Under the pieces are notes generated by a model, which worked only from the letters and a program-made list of their open reading frames with translations, ran no database searches and was not told the DNA's origin. Position numbers and translations under genes: made by a program. A stretch of 62,448 nucleotides of DNA from the NCBI GenBank assembly GCA_031268525.1, contig JAIRXA010000042.1:1-62448 (forward strand), in the 5' to 3' direction. The DNA is from Coriobacteriales bacterium. GTDB lineage: Bacteria > Actinomycetota > Coriobacteriia > Coriobacteriales > UBA8131. Below are positions 31,092 to 40,556 of the stretch, piece after piece. Every line of letters starts with the position of its first letter. The stretch's first letter is position 1.

Positions 31092-32132
31092 CTAGCGTTG
31101 GGTATAGGAGCGCTGCAGCGCCGTGGGGTTCTCCAGCGCAATCGCGCAGCCCGCCACGACATTCGTCAAAGCGGTCTCTGAGACATAGACGGGCACCTCA
31201 AGCTCATGCGCCAGAAAAGAATCGAGCATCCTGAGGAGCCCGCCGCCGCCCGTAAGCAGTACGCCGTTGCGGATGATATCGGCCGCAAGATCAGGATCGG
31301 TTTCCAGGAAAGTCTCCTTGATGGCGATCAGTATCTCCTGGAGCGGCCCCTTGATGCCCTCTCGCACATCCTCGGACTGGATGGTCTCGCTGCGAGGCAA
31401 ATTCGTGGTCAGATCGCGCCCGGATATCTCCATATCGAGCTCACCGGTGTTGATAGGCATGGCCGAACCGATTGCTATCTTTATATCTTCAGCGGTACGC
31501 ACGCCGATGTTGAGGCCATAGACCTCTCGGACATGGCGCGCAACTGCCTCGTCAAACTCGTTGCCAGCTATGCGCAGCGAACGCGAGGTGACGATGCCTC
31601 CCAGCGAAATGACCGCAACCTCCGTCGTGCCGCCACCGATGTCGACGACCATTGAGCCCGTCGGCTCCTCGACCGGCAGACCGGCCCCGATGGCAGCCGC
31701 CATCGGCTCCTCGATGAGGAATGCCTGACGGGCACCAGCCTGGATCGTTGCCTCAAAGACAGCGCGTTTCTCAACCGAGGTCACGCCACAGGGAATGCAG
31801 ATGACGATGCGTGGCTTGGGTTGCCAGAAACGGGTCTTTGGATTGGCCTTGCGGATGAAATAGGACAGCATCGCCTCGGTAACGTCGTAATCGGCGATAA
31901 CTCCATCGGCAAGCGGGCGTTCAACGGAAATATTGCCCGGATTACGACCGATCATTTCGCGCGCCTCGGTGCCAACAGACAGCACACGGTTGGCCTCGTT
32001 GTCGATAGCGACAACAGAGGGTTCATTGAGTACAATTCCTTCGCCACTGATCGCAACCAGTGTGTTTGCCGTGCCGAGGTCGATGGCCATATCGACGCTC
32101 CACTGGCTAAATAGATTATCGAGGATCGACAT
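31092..32132 (-). CDS. mreB: Rod shape-determining actin-like protein MreB
   Basis: DLGTANTLV, VVICIPCGVTSVEKRA, VVDIGGGTTEVAVISLGG and LTGGGGLL motifs. Confidence 0.95.
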   Translation of the reverse strand: MSILDNLFSQWSVDMAIDLGTANTLVAISGEGIVLNEPSVVAIDNEANRVLSVGTEAREMIGRNPGNISVERPLADGVIADYDVTEAMLSYFIRKANPKTRFWQPKPRIVICIPCGVTSVEKRAVFEATIQAGARQAFLIEEPMAAAIGAGLPVEEPTGSMVVDIGGGTTEVAVISLGGIVTSRSLRIAGNEFDEAVARHVREVYGLNIGVRTAEDIKIAIGSAMPINTGELDMEISGRDLTTNLPRSETIQSEDVREGIKGPLQEILIAIKETFLETDPDLAADIIRNGVLLTGGGGLLRMLDSFLAHELEVPVYVSETALTNVVAGCAIALENPTALQRSYTQR

Positions 32133-32302
32133 CGATACCTGTTCTCTCCAAAAATGATTAAGTCGTCACTACTTTTCGTACGTGTCAGCCGACAATTGTA
32201 TCATAAGGCGCTTCGTGCCAGGAAACCATGGGAATACCAGAGGGAGCATTTTCAATCAGCTTGCAACTTTCAAAAAACAGCGGCCATCGCCGTGTCCATC
32301 GT

Positions 32303-33631
32303 CTAGCCTGCCTCTGAAGCCGAGGCGAAGGCAAAAACAATCTCATAGATGCGCCAACTGAGCAGATCGCGCGCCAGGGTGATACGGTAATGTATGATTC
32401 CGCCCTCAGCAAGATTGACGCGGACCAGAGCGGTCGAGACCTCCATCGATCGTTCGACCGAAACGATGCTGATATCCGAGGAGGGCGCCACACCATCAAG
32501 AATGCGCTCGATGACCATGGGATCGACTCCGTCGCCAACAACCCAATACGGGCTGACATCCTTGCCCTGGGCCTGCGCATCAAAGAAGTCGGTGATGATC
32601 TTTTCCTGGGTGGGGAATCCATAGCCCTGGGTGTAGAGAAAGACGGCGGTACCCAGAAGCGCGATGAGTGCGATGACGAAGCCACAGAAGACCTTCAGGC
32701 CCGTGTGCTTGAGCTTGCGTACCTTGCGCATCTGGCTCTTGCTCATACGCATCAAATCGGCATCGGTCGCAGTAAAGAAGCCGGTGTTTTCCGCTGCAGG
32801 AACGCCACCAGCGCCATAGCCCTCAGCCTGGCCAAAATTCTCACCTTCGCTCATGGGCACATCGTAGACACTGGTGTCGAGCCCTGAGTAATCGGGTTCA
32901 CCGTACGCAAGATCACCTCCTCCGAGGGAGAGGTTTGCGCGCTCATAGTCTTCCCGCCCACGACCTGAGAGGGTATAGGAGCCATCGCGGAGGGCGTCTT
33001 CAAAGGCAGCGAGTGCCTCGGGGTAGCGCTGTGCCGCGGCATACGCGCTGCCCAACTGCTCGTAGGTCTTGTTCAGGACCTGTCCGCTGGCCTTAAAGTC
33101 GATGATCGCCAGATAGGCCTCAACGGCATCCAGAGGCCGCTCCAGTGACATGAAGGTGACTCCGAGGTTGTTGAGTGCCTTGATGGGATTGGGATTGCCC
33201 TCGTCCAACGCCGCCTTGCGATAGGCCGAACCAGCCTCAACCAGCATACCGAGTCGCGAATAGGCATTACCAAGACCAAGCTGCGCCTTGTAGGGAGTGT
33301 GGTAGTCGGCTTCGGCGAGGGCCTGATCAAAGCAGGCGATCGCCTCCTGGTTGCGCTTCAGACCGTTGAGTGTCGTCCCTATGTTCACGAGAACTCCACC
33401 ACGATCCGCATACCTGTCGTCTTCCAGGGCCTTGCGATAGGTCGCCAGTGCCTCGTTGAGGTTGCGCATCTTGAGCAGACAATTGCCCAGGCGATGATAG
33501 ACCAGGCCAGCATCGCCTGGCCCAAAACTCGCAAAATCTTCCTTCAGGCAGCGATAGAAGCCGCGGAGCGCACTTGGATAATCTCCTGAACGGTAGGCAA
33601 CGGTCGCTTGCTCATAGTTCACGCTTTGCAC
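32303..33631 (-). CDS. TPR-repeat protein with a single TM helix and a C-terminal domain
   Basis: It has several TPR-like repeats, such as ALATYRKALEDD and AGSAYRKAALDEGNP. The TM is VFCGFVIALIALLGTAVFLY. Heads the mre cluster. Confidence 0.7.
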   Translation of the reverse strand: MQSVNYEQATVAYRSGDYPSALRGFYRCLKEDFASFGPGDAGLVYHRLGNCLLKMRNLNEALATYRKALEDDRYADRGGVLVNIGTTLNGLKRNQEAIACFDQALAEADYHTPYKAQLGLGNAYSRLGMLVEAGSAYRKAALDEGNPNPIKALNNLGVTFMSLERPLDAVEAYLAIIDFKASGQVLNKTYEQLGSAYAAAQRYPEALAAFEDALRDGSYTLSGRGREDYERANLSLGGGDLAYGEPDYSGLDTSVYDVPMSEGENFGQAEGYGAGGVPAAENTGFFTATDADLMRMSKSQMRKVRKLKHTGLKVFCGFVIALIALLGTAVFLYTQGYGFPTQEKIITDFFDAQAQGKDVSPYWVVGDGVDPMVIERILDGVAPSSDISIVSVERSMEVSTALVRVNLAEGGIIHYRITLARDLLSWRIYEIVFAFASASEAG

Positions 33632-33645
33632 GATAGCACCCCTCT

Positions 33646-34182
33646 TTATGCCGTGCCCTCTATCGTAATCGAGACGATCTCGTCACCCTTGCCAAGGGAA
33701 TGGATAATTTTAAGGTCCTCGGCACCGAGCGCGTCTCCGAAAACCGTATAGCCGCTGTCGAGAGCAGGTTGCGGACCCAGGCAGAAGTAGAATTGAGAAC
33801 CCGCGGAATCTGGCATTTGGGAACGTGCCATTGCCAGCGTGCCGTCCTTATGCTGGTTATTTGGGTTGACGGTCCACTCGCCCTTGATGCTGTAGCCTGG
33901 ATTGCCCGTACCCGCAGGGCCTCCTGGCCCCACCTTATCGGCGCGCACCTCATCGGACGTGAGGTCGCGCGTATTCGGGCAACCGCCCTGAATGACGAAG
34001 CCTGGTACATACCGATGGAATTTCAGGCCGTTGTAAAAGCCCTTTTCGGCAAGCTCAACAAAGTTGGCAACATGGATAGGGGCTTCTTTGCCAGCAAGTT
34101 TGACTCGGATGGTTCCCACGCTGGTCTCGATAACCGCGATCTCATCACCACTTGGTTGATAGGCAGGTGTATACAGAGCCAT
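33646..34182 (-). CDS. Peptidyl-prolyl cis-trans isomerase (cyclophilin type)
   Basis: FHRYVPGFVIQGG, GTLAMAR...DSAGSQFYF and YTVFG motifs. Confidence 0.92.
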   Translation of the reverse strand: MALYTPAYQPSGDEIAVIETSVGTIRVKLAGKEAPIHVANFVELAEKGFYNGLKFHRYVPGFVIQGGCPNTRDLTSDEVRADKVGPGGPAGTGNPGYSIKGEWTVNPNNQHKDGTLAMARSQMPDSAGSQFYFCLGPQPALDSGYTVFGDALGAEDLKIIHSLGKGDEIVSITIEGTA

Positions 34183-34212
34183 GAATCCTCCTCAACATCA
34201 GTACGCGCGCGT

Positions 34213-34288
34213 TGGTGCCCCTTGCAGGATTCGAACCTGCGGCCTTCTGCTCCGGAGGCAGACGCTCTATCCCCTGAGCTAAAGGGGC
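34213..34288 (-). tRNA. tRNA-Arg (anticodon CCG)
   Basis: The reverse complement GCCCCTTTAGCTCAGGGGATAGAGCGTCTGCCTCCGGAGCAGAAGGCCGCAGGTTCGAATCCTGCAAGGGGCACCA folds as a cloverleaf. Anticodon loop is CTCCGGA; encoded CCA. Confidence 0.9.
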
Positions 34289-34368
34289 ACGATGGGCGGC
34301 AGGAACCGCCTGGACGATTTTACTACAGTTCCAGCTTGAGGGAGCGCAAGGATTAGCGTGCAGACGAA

Positions 34369-34542
34369 TTAGAGCGTGATGGACTCCAGTGGACAGGAAT
34401 TCACACAGGCTCCGCATTCAATACAGGCGTCCTCATCATTGATGACCGCCATACCGTCTGCCAGATCAATGAGTTCCAGGGGGCAGGTATCCACGCAGGT
34501 ACCGCAACCGATACAGGTCGCTTGGTCGATCTTGATAGACAT
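34369..34542 (-). CDS. 2x[4Fe-4S] ferredoxin, 57 aa
   Basis: MSIKIDQATCIGCGTCVDTCP...CIECGACVNSCP carries two CxxCxxCxxxCP motifs. Start trimmed to ATG 34540-34542 behind the RBS ggaggaggggagg. Confidence 0.88.
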   Translation of the reverse strand: MSIKIDQATCIGCGTCVDTCPLELIDLADGMAVINDEDACIECGACVNSCPLESITL

Positions 34543-34730
34543 GGTCACCTCCCCTCCTCCAAGATTTCGTTTCCAATGGACACAGTGTGACGGAAAAGAG
34601 GCCGTCATGTCTGCTCACAGTCAAGTTGAAGCCCCGGAACCGATGCGGCAATCCGGTAAACGGCGGGCCCGGCATCCGTGGAGCGGCGCAATCGGCTACA
34701 ATGGAAGAGCACAGGTGAGAGGATGAGCCC

Positions 34731-35348
34731 ATGAAGGAAATCTCAACGGTCTCCATACGGATGGCCAGAAAAGAGGACGCCCTGGCGATCCTCGACATCT
34801 ATCGGCCCTACATCACTGATACCGCGATAACCTTCGTTTCCCGTATCCCCACGGTGACAGATATCGAGAAAAAGATGGCCGATATCATGCGCCAATACCC
34901 CTATCTGGTCTGCGAGATCGACGGAGGGGTCGTTGGATTCGCCTACGCGAACAAGATGCGTCCCCACGACGCCTATCGCTGGAATGCTGAGCTATCCATC
35001 TATGTATCCTCGCAACACCATGGGCACGGCATAGCCACCGCGCTGTATACCGCTCTGTTCCATATCCTCAAGGCGCAGGGCTTTTGTAATCTCTACGCAG
35101 CAATAACGATCCCCAATGAGCAGAGTATCGCGCTGCACCGACGCTTTGGTTTCCGCGAGCTTGTCGTCCACGAGGCAGACGGCTACAAACTGGGAGCCTG
35201 GCGCGACGTCCTGTGGATGCTCTACCGCATAGAAGGCGCCGCCGACCCCGGCGAACATGGATTCCCCCTTCGTCTGGCGAAGGTGCGCAAGAATGATATC
35301 GACACCGCCCTGGGTATGGCAACGGCACTGTTGAGTGGAGCACAATGA
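34731..35348 (+). CDS. GNAT-family N-acetyltransferase (phosphinothricin-acetyltransferase-like)
   Basis: IRMARKEDALAILDIY...GFAYA...YRW...ELSIYV...HGHGIATALY...SIALHRRFGF is the PAT-like GNAT pattern. Confidence 0.8.
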   Translation: MKEISTVSIRMARKEDALAILDIYRPYITDTAITFVSRIPTVTDIEKKMADIMRQYPYLVCEIDGGVVGFAYANKMRPHDAYRWNAELSIYVSSQHHGHGIATALYTALFHILKAQGFCNLYAAITIPNEQSIALHRRFGFRELVVHEADGYKLGAWRDVLWMLYRIEGAADPGEHGFPLRLAKVRKNDIDTALGMATALLSGAQ

Positions 35349-36364
35349 GCACGGAACCTTCAAGGGAGTATGCATTCGAGCAGACACTGCGACCCCTACT
35401 GGGCTCGGCAACTCCTGTGCCTGCAGGCTTTTTTGTCGGCAGCGTCGAGAACGATACCGCGGGGACAGGATGCACGGTCATTGGCTGCCCCGAGGGCGCC
35501 AGCGCTGGGGTTGCGGTACGCGGCGGGGCACCAGCGACGCGGGAAACGGACCTGCTCGCCCCCGAAAACACCGTCAAGGCAATCCATGCCGTCATGGTCA
35601 GCGGAGGCAGTGCCTACGGTCTGGATGCCGCCTCGGGCGCGGTGCGTTGGCTTGAGGAACATTCGGCTGGGTTTGAGCTCGCTGGGCACATCGTGCCTAT
35701 AGTCTGTGGTGCAAGCATCTTTGATCTGAGTCTCGGTGATGGTTCTGTTCGGCCGGATGCTGCAATGGGATATGCTGCCTGCGAGGCGGGCGCCGAGGCG
35801 AATGAGCGGGCCATCCGTTGCGGTAATATCGGCGCTGGATGCGGGGCAAGTGTTGGAAAGCTTTTTGGCGAACAGTCGGCAATGAAGGCGGGACTCGGTG
35901 CCGCAGGATTTGAGCTGGAAGGCCTGATCGTCAGCGCTCTTGTCGTCGTGAACGCCTTGGGAAATATCTATGACCGGTTCGCGGGAACATGGATTGCGGG
36001 GCCCCGCAATCCACAGGACCCACAACGGATTGTCGATCCCTATGAGGCCCTTTCTATTGTTTCTCCCTATCCCTCAGCAGGCCACAACACCACCATCGCC
36101 TGCGTGATCACCAATGCAGCCCTCGAAAAACCCACCATGGGGCGAGTGGCCAGCATGGCGCATGATGGTTTTGCGCGCGCCATCGAGCCGGTACATACCT
36201 CTGCCGACGGTGATGCGATCTTCGCGCTTGCCTGTGGTAGCATCTCCGCTCCTGCAGATATCGTCGGCTGTTTTGCCGCATTGGCTGTTGAGCATGCCAT
36301 TCATGTGGCTATTCGAGAGGCAGAGGCCGCCTACGGCCTTCCCGCCAACCGTGATCTCAGATAA
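35345..36364 (+). CDS. P1/S58 (DmpA-type) family aminopeptidase-like protein
   Basis: GTGCTVI...GGAPATRETDLL...AVMVSGGSAYGLDAA...NTTIACVITNAAL...DGDAIFAL are the family hallmarks. 4-nt overlap with the GNAT gene. Confidence 0.8.
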   Translation: MSTEPSREYAFEQTLRPLLGSATPVPAGFFVGSVENDTAGTGCTVIGCPEGASAGVAVRGGAPATRETDLLAPENTVKAIHAVMVSGGSAYGLDAASGAVRWLEEHSAGFELAGHIVPIVCGASIFDLSLGDGSVRPDAAMGYAACEAGAEANERAIRCGNIGAGCGASVGKLFGEQSAMKAGLGAAGFELEGLIVSALVVVNALGNIYDRFAGTWIAGPRNPQDPQRIVDPYEALSIVSPYPSAGHNTTIACVITNAALEKPTMGRVASMAHDGFARAIEPVHTSADGDAIFALACGSISAPADIVGCFAALAVEHAIHVAIREAEAAYGLPANRDLR

Positions 36365-36394
36365 GACCGCTCGAACAGGAAGGAACCTCAGGCC

Positions 36395-37135
36395 TTGACT
36401 CACCTATCCTGGCAAAATGGTTACATCCGCAATGATGACGCCGCCCTGTATTACGAAGTGCACCAGGGTATACCCGACGACGCCCCTCTCCTGTTTCTGC
36501 TTCATGGCAACCGGGAGGATATGCATGTCTTCGATGGGCATATCGAAGGTCTGCTCCCCTACTATACGGTTATCACCGTGGACACGCGCGGACAGGGCAA
36601 GTCAGCACGAGGCACACGCGACCTGTCCTATGACCTGTTTGCCGAGGACCTCTTCACGCTGGTGAACAAGTTGCATATCGGCACCTTTCTCATACTCGGA
36701 TTCTCAGATGGAGCCAATATCGCGATGGAGCTTGCCCTGCGCCATCAGGAACGGCTCGCAGCAATGATCCTGGTCGGGGGAAATCTCTTTCCCGATGGGC
36801 TCCAGGCGATGTTTCGCGTGAGCTTGAAACTGCACTTGTTCGGCGAGAGACTCAAAAACTTCATACAACGCGACAAGCACGGCCATGGGGAGCTTACCAA
36901 CCTGATGCTCACCTCACCCTCCATTGATCCCGAGCGCCTGAAAACCATCACGGTTCCAACGCTGATCATCAATGGTGAGAAGGATATCGTCACCGATGAA
37001 CACGGTGTCCTGATCGCCACATCCCTGCCGAATGCGCGCCGTGTCGTCATTGGCGGTGCAAGCCATTTCGTGATGAAGGATGCCCCCGAGGAATTTGATC
37101 GCCTCGTGCTTGAGTTTCTTCTTGAAGAGGATTAG
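36395..37135 (+). CDS. Alpha/beta-fold hydrolase
   Basis: LLHGN, the nucleophile elbow GFSDGA, and a C-terminal ASHFVM. TTG start per the ORF track. Confidence 0.8.
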   Translation: MTHLSWQNGYIRNDDAALYYEVHQGIPDDAPLLFLLHGNREDMHVFDGHIEGLLPYYTVITVDTRGQGKSARGTRDLSYDLFAEDLFTLVNKLHIGTFLILGFSDGANIAMELALRHQERLAAMILVGGNLFPDGLQAMFRVSLKLHLFGERLKNFIQRDKHGHGELTNLMLTSPSIDPERLKTITVPTLIINGEKDIVTDEHGVLIATSLPNARRVVIGGASHFVMKDAPEEFDRLVLEFLLEED

Positions 37136-38205
37136 TTAAAGCCAAAGACCCTTTGGGATGCCCGATAGCCACCGATTGCGAGAACGTGGCCGACAGGACC
37201 AGGCAGATTGGCGCTCAACCCGAGTAATGAGCCGCGGATGCGCGGGTAGATATCCGGGTCGTGCTCTTTGAGGTAGGCCCAGATACCCTGTCGCAAGTCC
37301 TCGGCATCCTCACGCTCTGAGAGCCGTAGGAAGACCGAGCAGATCGTCATCATCATCGTCAGATACTGAACCATGTAGGTGCGTAGGCGTTCATTTTCTA
37401 CGTCCTTCATCAGCCTGAAGGCGTCGATCATCGTGCGCGTCACGCTCAACTGTTGTTCGATACACCCGATCATCGTCTGCTCGTTAACCGATTGGCCCTC
37501 ACGTCCGATATGGTAGCGATAGAGATCAATATCGAGATAAAGCATCGTTTGAACAGCAGGCAGGGGCGCATAGACAAAAACATTATCGACATAGAAGGTC
37601 TTGCGCGGCAGACGCAGGCCGATGTCATGCAGGAGTTGGGTACGATAGATGACTGCATGCATCAGCAGGTTTTGCGACGGAGCAAAACGCCCGACCTCAT
37701 CCCAGCCGAAAACGTGTCCTCGCGGCAAAACTCTGGTATAGCGAATCGGCTTACGTGTACCCCCATCGACCTTTTCATAGACATAATTGGCAATGATCAT
37801 ATCGACCTCCTGCCCGGTAGCGCGCAGTCGCTGCAGCTGGTCGAGCAGAGTGTGAAGCGCGTCGGCATCAAGCCAATCATCTGAATCGACGACCTTGAAC
37901 CAGACGCCCCGAGCGTTGTCGAGCCCCGTATTGACCGCTTCGCCGTGTCCGCCGTTGGCCTGGTGCACCACAGAAATCAGATCGGGATGGCGTCGTGCCC
38001 AATCATCGGCTTTTTGAGCCGTGCCATCCCGGGCCGAACCGTCGTCTACCAGAATGATCTCGATGACGTCACGATAGTTCTCGCAGCCCTTGAGGATGCT
38101 CTCGATACAGACGTCCATATAGGCGGCTGCGTTATAGCAGGGCACGGCAAAGCTGATGAGGGGTTGCGAAGGCGGGGCAGGCGATGGCTTATCGAAGGAG
38201 ATCAT
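37132..38205 (-). CDS. Family-2 glycosyltransferase
   Basis: Start trimmed to ATG 38203-38205 (MISFDKPS...ISFAVPCYNAAAYM, DDGSARD, VDSDDW). The 559-aa ORF-track version overlaps glf in another frame. Confidence 0.8.
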   Translation of the reverse strand: MISFDKPSPAPPSQPLISFAVPCYNAAAYMDVCIESILKGCENYRDVIEIILVDDGSARDGTAQKADDWARRHPDLISVVHQANGGHGEAVNTGLDNARGVWFKVVDSDDWLDADALHTLLDQLQRLRATGQEVDMIIANYVYEKVDGGTRKPIRYTRVLPRGHVFGWDEVGRFAPSQNLLMHAVIYRTQLLHDIGLRLPRKTFYVDNVFVYAPLPAVQTMLYLDIDLYRYHIGREGQSVNEQTMIGCIEQQLSVTRTMIDAFRLMKDVENERLRTYMVQYLTMMMTICSVFLRLSEREDAEDLRQGIWAYLKEHDPDIYPRIRGSLLGLSANLPGPVGHVLAIGGYRASQRVFGFN

Positions 38206-39427
38206 CAGCCAGCTCCAGAGCTCGAAGTACGATCTGATCCATATTGTAGTAACGGTATTCAGCGAGCCGCCCGAGAGGATGAAAGCCTGACAGGCGCGTA
38301 AAGAGCATACGATAACGCTCGTATCGCTCCTGGTTTTCCTTGCCGACAATCGGGTAGTAGGCTGTCTGCGCAGGCGAACCATCGTAGGCCAGGGAATACT
38401 CTTCAAGCACCGTTGAGAGGGCGATGTCCTGCGCGGTAAGCCAGGTGAATTCCGTCGTACGCGTATAGGCTTCACTGACCGTGAAATTGATGGTCGCAGC
38501 CGCCTGCACGGGATTACGGTCATAGTGGCGGTAGACGAGGTCGAGCGTACGATAGGGCAACAGGCCAAAGCGTTGCTCGGCAAGTTCATCGAGTGCTCCC
38601 GTGTAGATGACGAGGCCTTCGAAGGGCTGACCGGCCAGTCGAACGGCGGTAAAGGGCGCGTCGCTGGTTCCTGTCTCCTCAAAAGCGATGATCTCACGCG
38701 CCTCGTAACCGAGGTGCACCGTGATGTTGGGATGGTCAAGCATCTTCTCAAACAGAGCGGTATAGCCATCGCACGGCATGCCCTGCCAGGGATCCTGAAA
38801 GTAACGATCATCGTAATCGACGAGCACGGGAACGCGCGCAGTGATCAAAGGGTCAATCTGCTCGGGAGTACTGCCCCACTGCTTCATCGTGTACTGCAGG
38901 AAGATATTTTCATAGACGTAGTCAGCAAGCTCGTGGAGGAGAGGGTCTGCGGCCTTGCGCAGCTCAATGATCGGCACCCGGGCGCCCAGACCGTAGCGCG
39001 CTTTGAGCAGGTCGGTGAGTTGCCTGGCGCGATCGGGTGCAAAAGCGGCCTCGATGGAGCTGAGGCTGAAGGGCACGGGCAGCAGTTGACCATGAACGTT
39101 TGCTAACACTTTATGCTCGTAGGCGCGCCACGCGGTAAAACGCGTAAGCCATTCATGAACACGCTCAGAAGCAGTATGGTAGATATGCGGGCCATAGGTA
39201 TGTATGAGCACGCCCGTCTCATCGAGGCAGTCGTAGGCGTTGCCGCCGATATGGGCGCGCATCTCGATGAGGGCGACACGCATTCCTCCACGTTCGGCCA
39301 ACTCGCGGGCGATAACACTCCCCGCAAACCCCGCGCCGACAATGAGCGCGTCGCAGGCCACAGGCGCACCACGGTTTTGTTCGCTCACTTTCTGAGGGGC
39401 TTCCCGGTAAAAAATCGTCGCCGACAC
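38189..39427 (-). CDS. glf: UDP-galactopyranose mutase
   Basis: IVGAGFAGS, GGNAYD, HIYHT, YTMKQWG and YRYYNMDQ motifs. Confidence 0.9.
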   Translation of the reverse strand: MSATIFYREAPQKVSEQNRGAPVACDALIVGAGFAGSVIARELAERGGMRVALIEMRAHIGGNAYDCLDETGVLIHTYGPHIYHTASERVHEWLTRFTAWRAYEHKVLANVHGQLLPVPFSLSSIEAAFAPDRARQLTDLLKARYGLGARVPIIELRKAADPLLHELADYVYENIFLQYTMKQWGSTPEQIDPLITARVPVLVDYDDRYFQDPWQGMPCDGYTALFEKMLDHPNITVHLGYEAREIIAFEETGTSDAPFTAVRLAGQPFEGLVIYTGALDELAEQRFGLLPYRTLDLVYRHYDRNPVQAAATINFTVSEAYTRTTEFTWLTAQDIALSTVLEEYSLAYDGSPAQTAYYPIVGKENQERYERYRMLFTRLSGFHPLGRLAEYRYYNMDQIVLRALELADDLLR

Positions 39428-39540
39428 GTCTTTGTCCCGTCTCGTTTATCGCTCACCATCCTGACCATTGTACCGCAGGACGACACTATGGCGTATCATG
39501 TGTATACCTATGGACACACTGACACGGAAAGGACATCACC

Positions 39541-40542
39541 GTGAGTACCTTCACCGAACAGATCATGCAGCGAGCAGCCGCTGACCGCAAGACAATCGTC
39601 TTGCCAGAGGGATCCGATCCTCGCACACTGAGCGCAGCTGCCCGTGCGCGAGATGCCGGTATTGCCGATCTGGTCGTCCTGGCAAACGAGGCCGCCCTTG
39701 CATCCTGCGAAGAGGACCTCAGTGGTATTCGCATCGTTGACCCTGCTACCTCGCCATACAGGGAGGACTTTGCCCATACCCTCTATGAGCAGCGTAAAAG
39801 CAAGGGCGTCTCGCTTGAGGACTGTCGTCGTCTGGTCATCGATGAACTCTACCATGGCGTGATGATGGTGAAGACGGGACAGGCAGATGGCATGGTCGCT
39901 GGCGCGGCGCACGCGACGAGCGACGTCTTACGCCCCTGTCTTCAGATACTCAAGACGGCACCCAATTCCCAACTGGTATCGGCCTTCTTTGTCATCATCG
40001 TACCGGACTGCGTCTATGGCGCCAATGGGGCTTTCATTTTTGCCGACAGCGGCCTGGTGCAGTATCCCAACAGCGAAGAACTGGCCCATATCGCCATCAG
40101 TTCCGCACATTCCTTCCGTTCGCTTATTGGCGGCGAACCGGTGGTCGCTCTGTTATCGCATTCCACAAAGGGCAGCGCAAAGGGGCCGTCCATCGACAAA
40201 GTTCGGGACGCTGTCGCTCTCGTCGACACGCTTGCGCCCGATCTGCTGGTCGACGGGGAATTTCAGCTCGATGCCGCCCTCGTGCCTTCGGTCGGAGAGA
40301 TGAAAGCACCTGGTAGTCCGGTTGCAGGCCATGCGAATGTCCTGGTCTTCCCCGATCTCGATTCAGGCAATATCGCCTACAAACTTGCGCAGCGACTCGC
40401 AAAGGCTGAAGCCTACGGCCCGATCACCCAGGGGCTTGCACGACCCGTCAATGACCTCTCGCGTGGAGCATCGCCCGACGATATCGTCGGGGTCATTGCC
40501 ATAACCGCAGTTCAGGCGCAGGCTTCTCCCCGCCCCAGCTGA
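39541..40542 (+). CDS. pta: Phosphate acetyltransferase
   Basis: IVLPEGSDPRTL, MVKTGQADGMVAGA, LSHSTKGS and FPDLDSGNIAYK motifs. GTG start. Confidence 0.92.
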   Translation: MSTFTEQIMQRAAADRKTIVLPEGSDPRTLSAAARARDAGIADLVVLANEAALASCEEDLSGIRIVDPATSPYREDFAHTLYEQRKSKGVSLEDCRRLVIDELYHGVMMVKTGQADGMVAGAAHATSDVLRPCLQILKTAPNSQLVSAFFVIIVPDCVYGANGAFIFADSGLVQYPNSEELAHIAISSAHSFRSLIGGEPVVALLSHSTKGSAKGPSIDKVRDAVALVDTLAPDLLVDGEFQLDAALVPSVGEMKAPGSPVAGHANVLVFPDLDSGNIAYKLAQRLAKAEAYGPITQGLARPVNDLSRGASPDDIVGVIAITAVQAQASPRPS

Positions 40543-40556
40543 GAACAAAGCGTGTG

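Noticed and set aside
32185-32685. 166-aa minus-strand ORF
   Set aside because: Most of it overlaps the TPR-protein gene in another frame, and it is Ser/Arg/Pro-rich without motifs.
37132-38811. 559-aa version of the glycosyltransferase ORF
   Set aside because: The first 202 codons overlap glf in a different frame and are Arg/Ser/Pro-rich nonsense. The GT2 signature begins right after the internal ATG at 38205.
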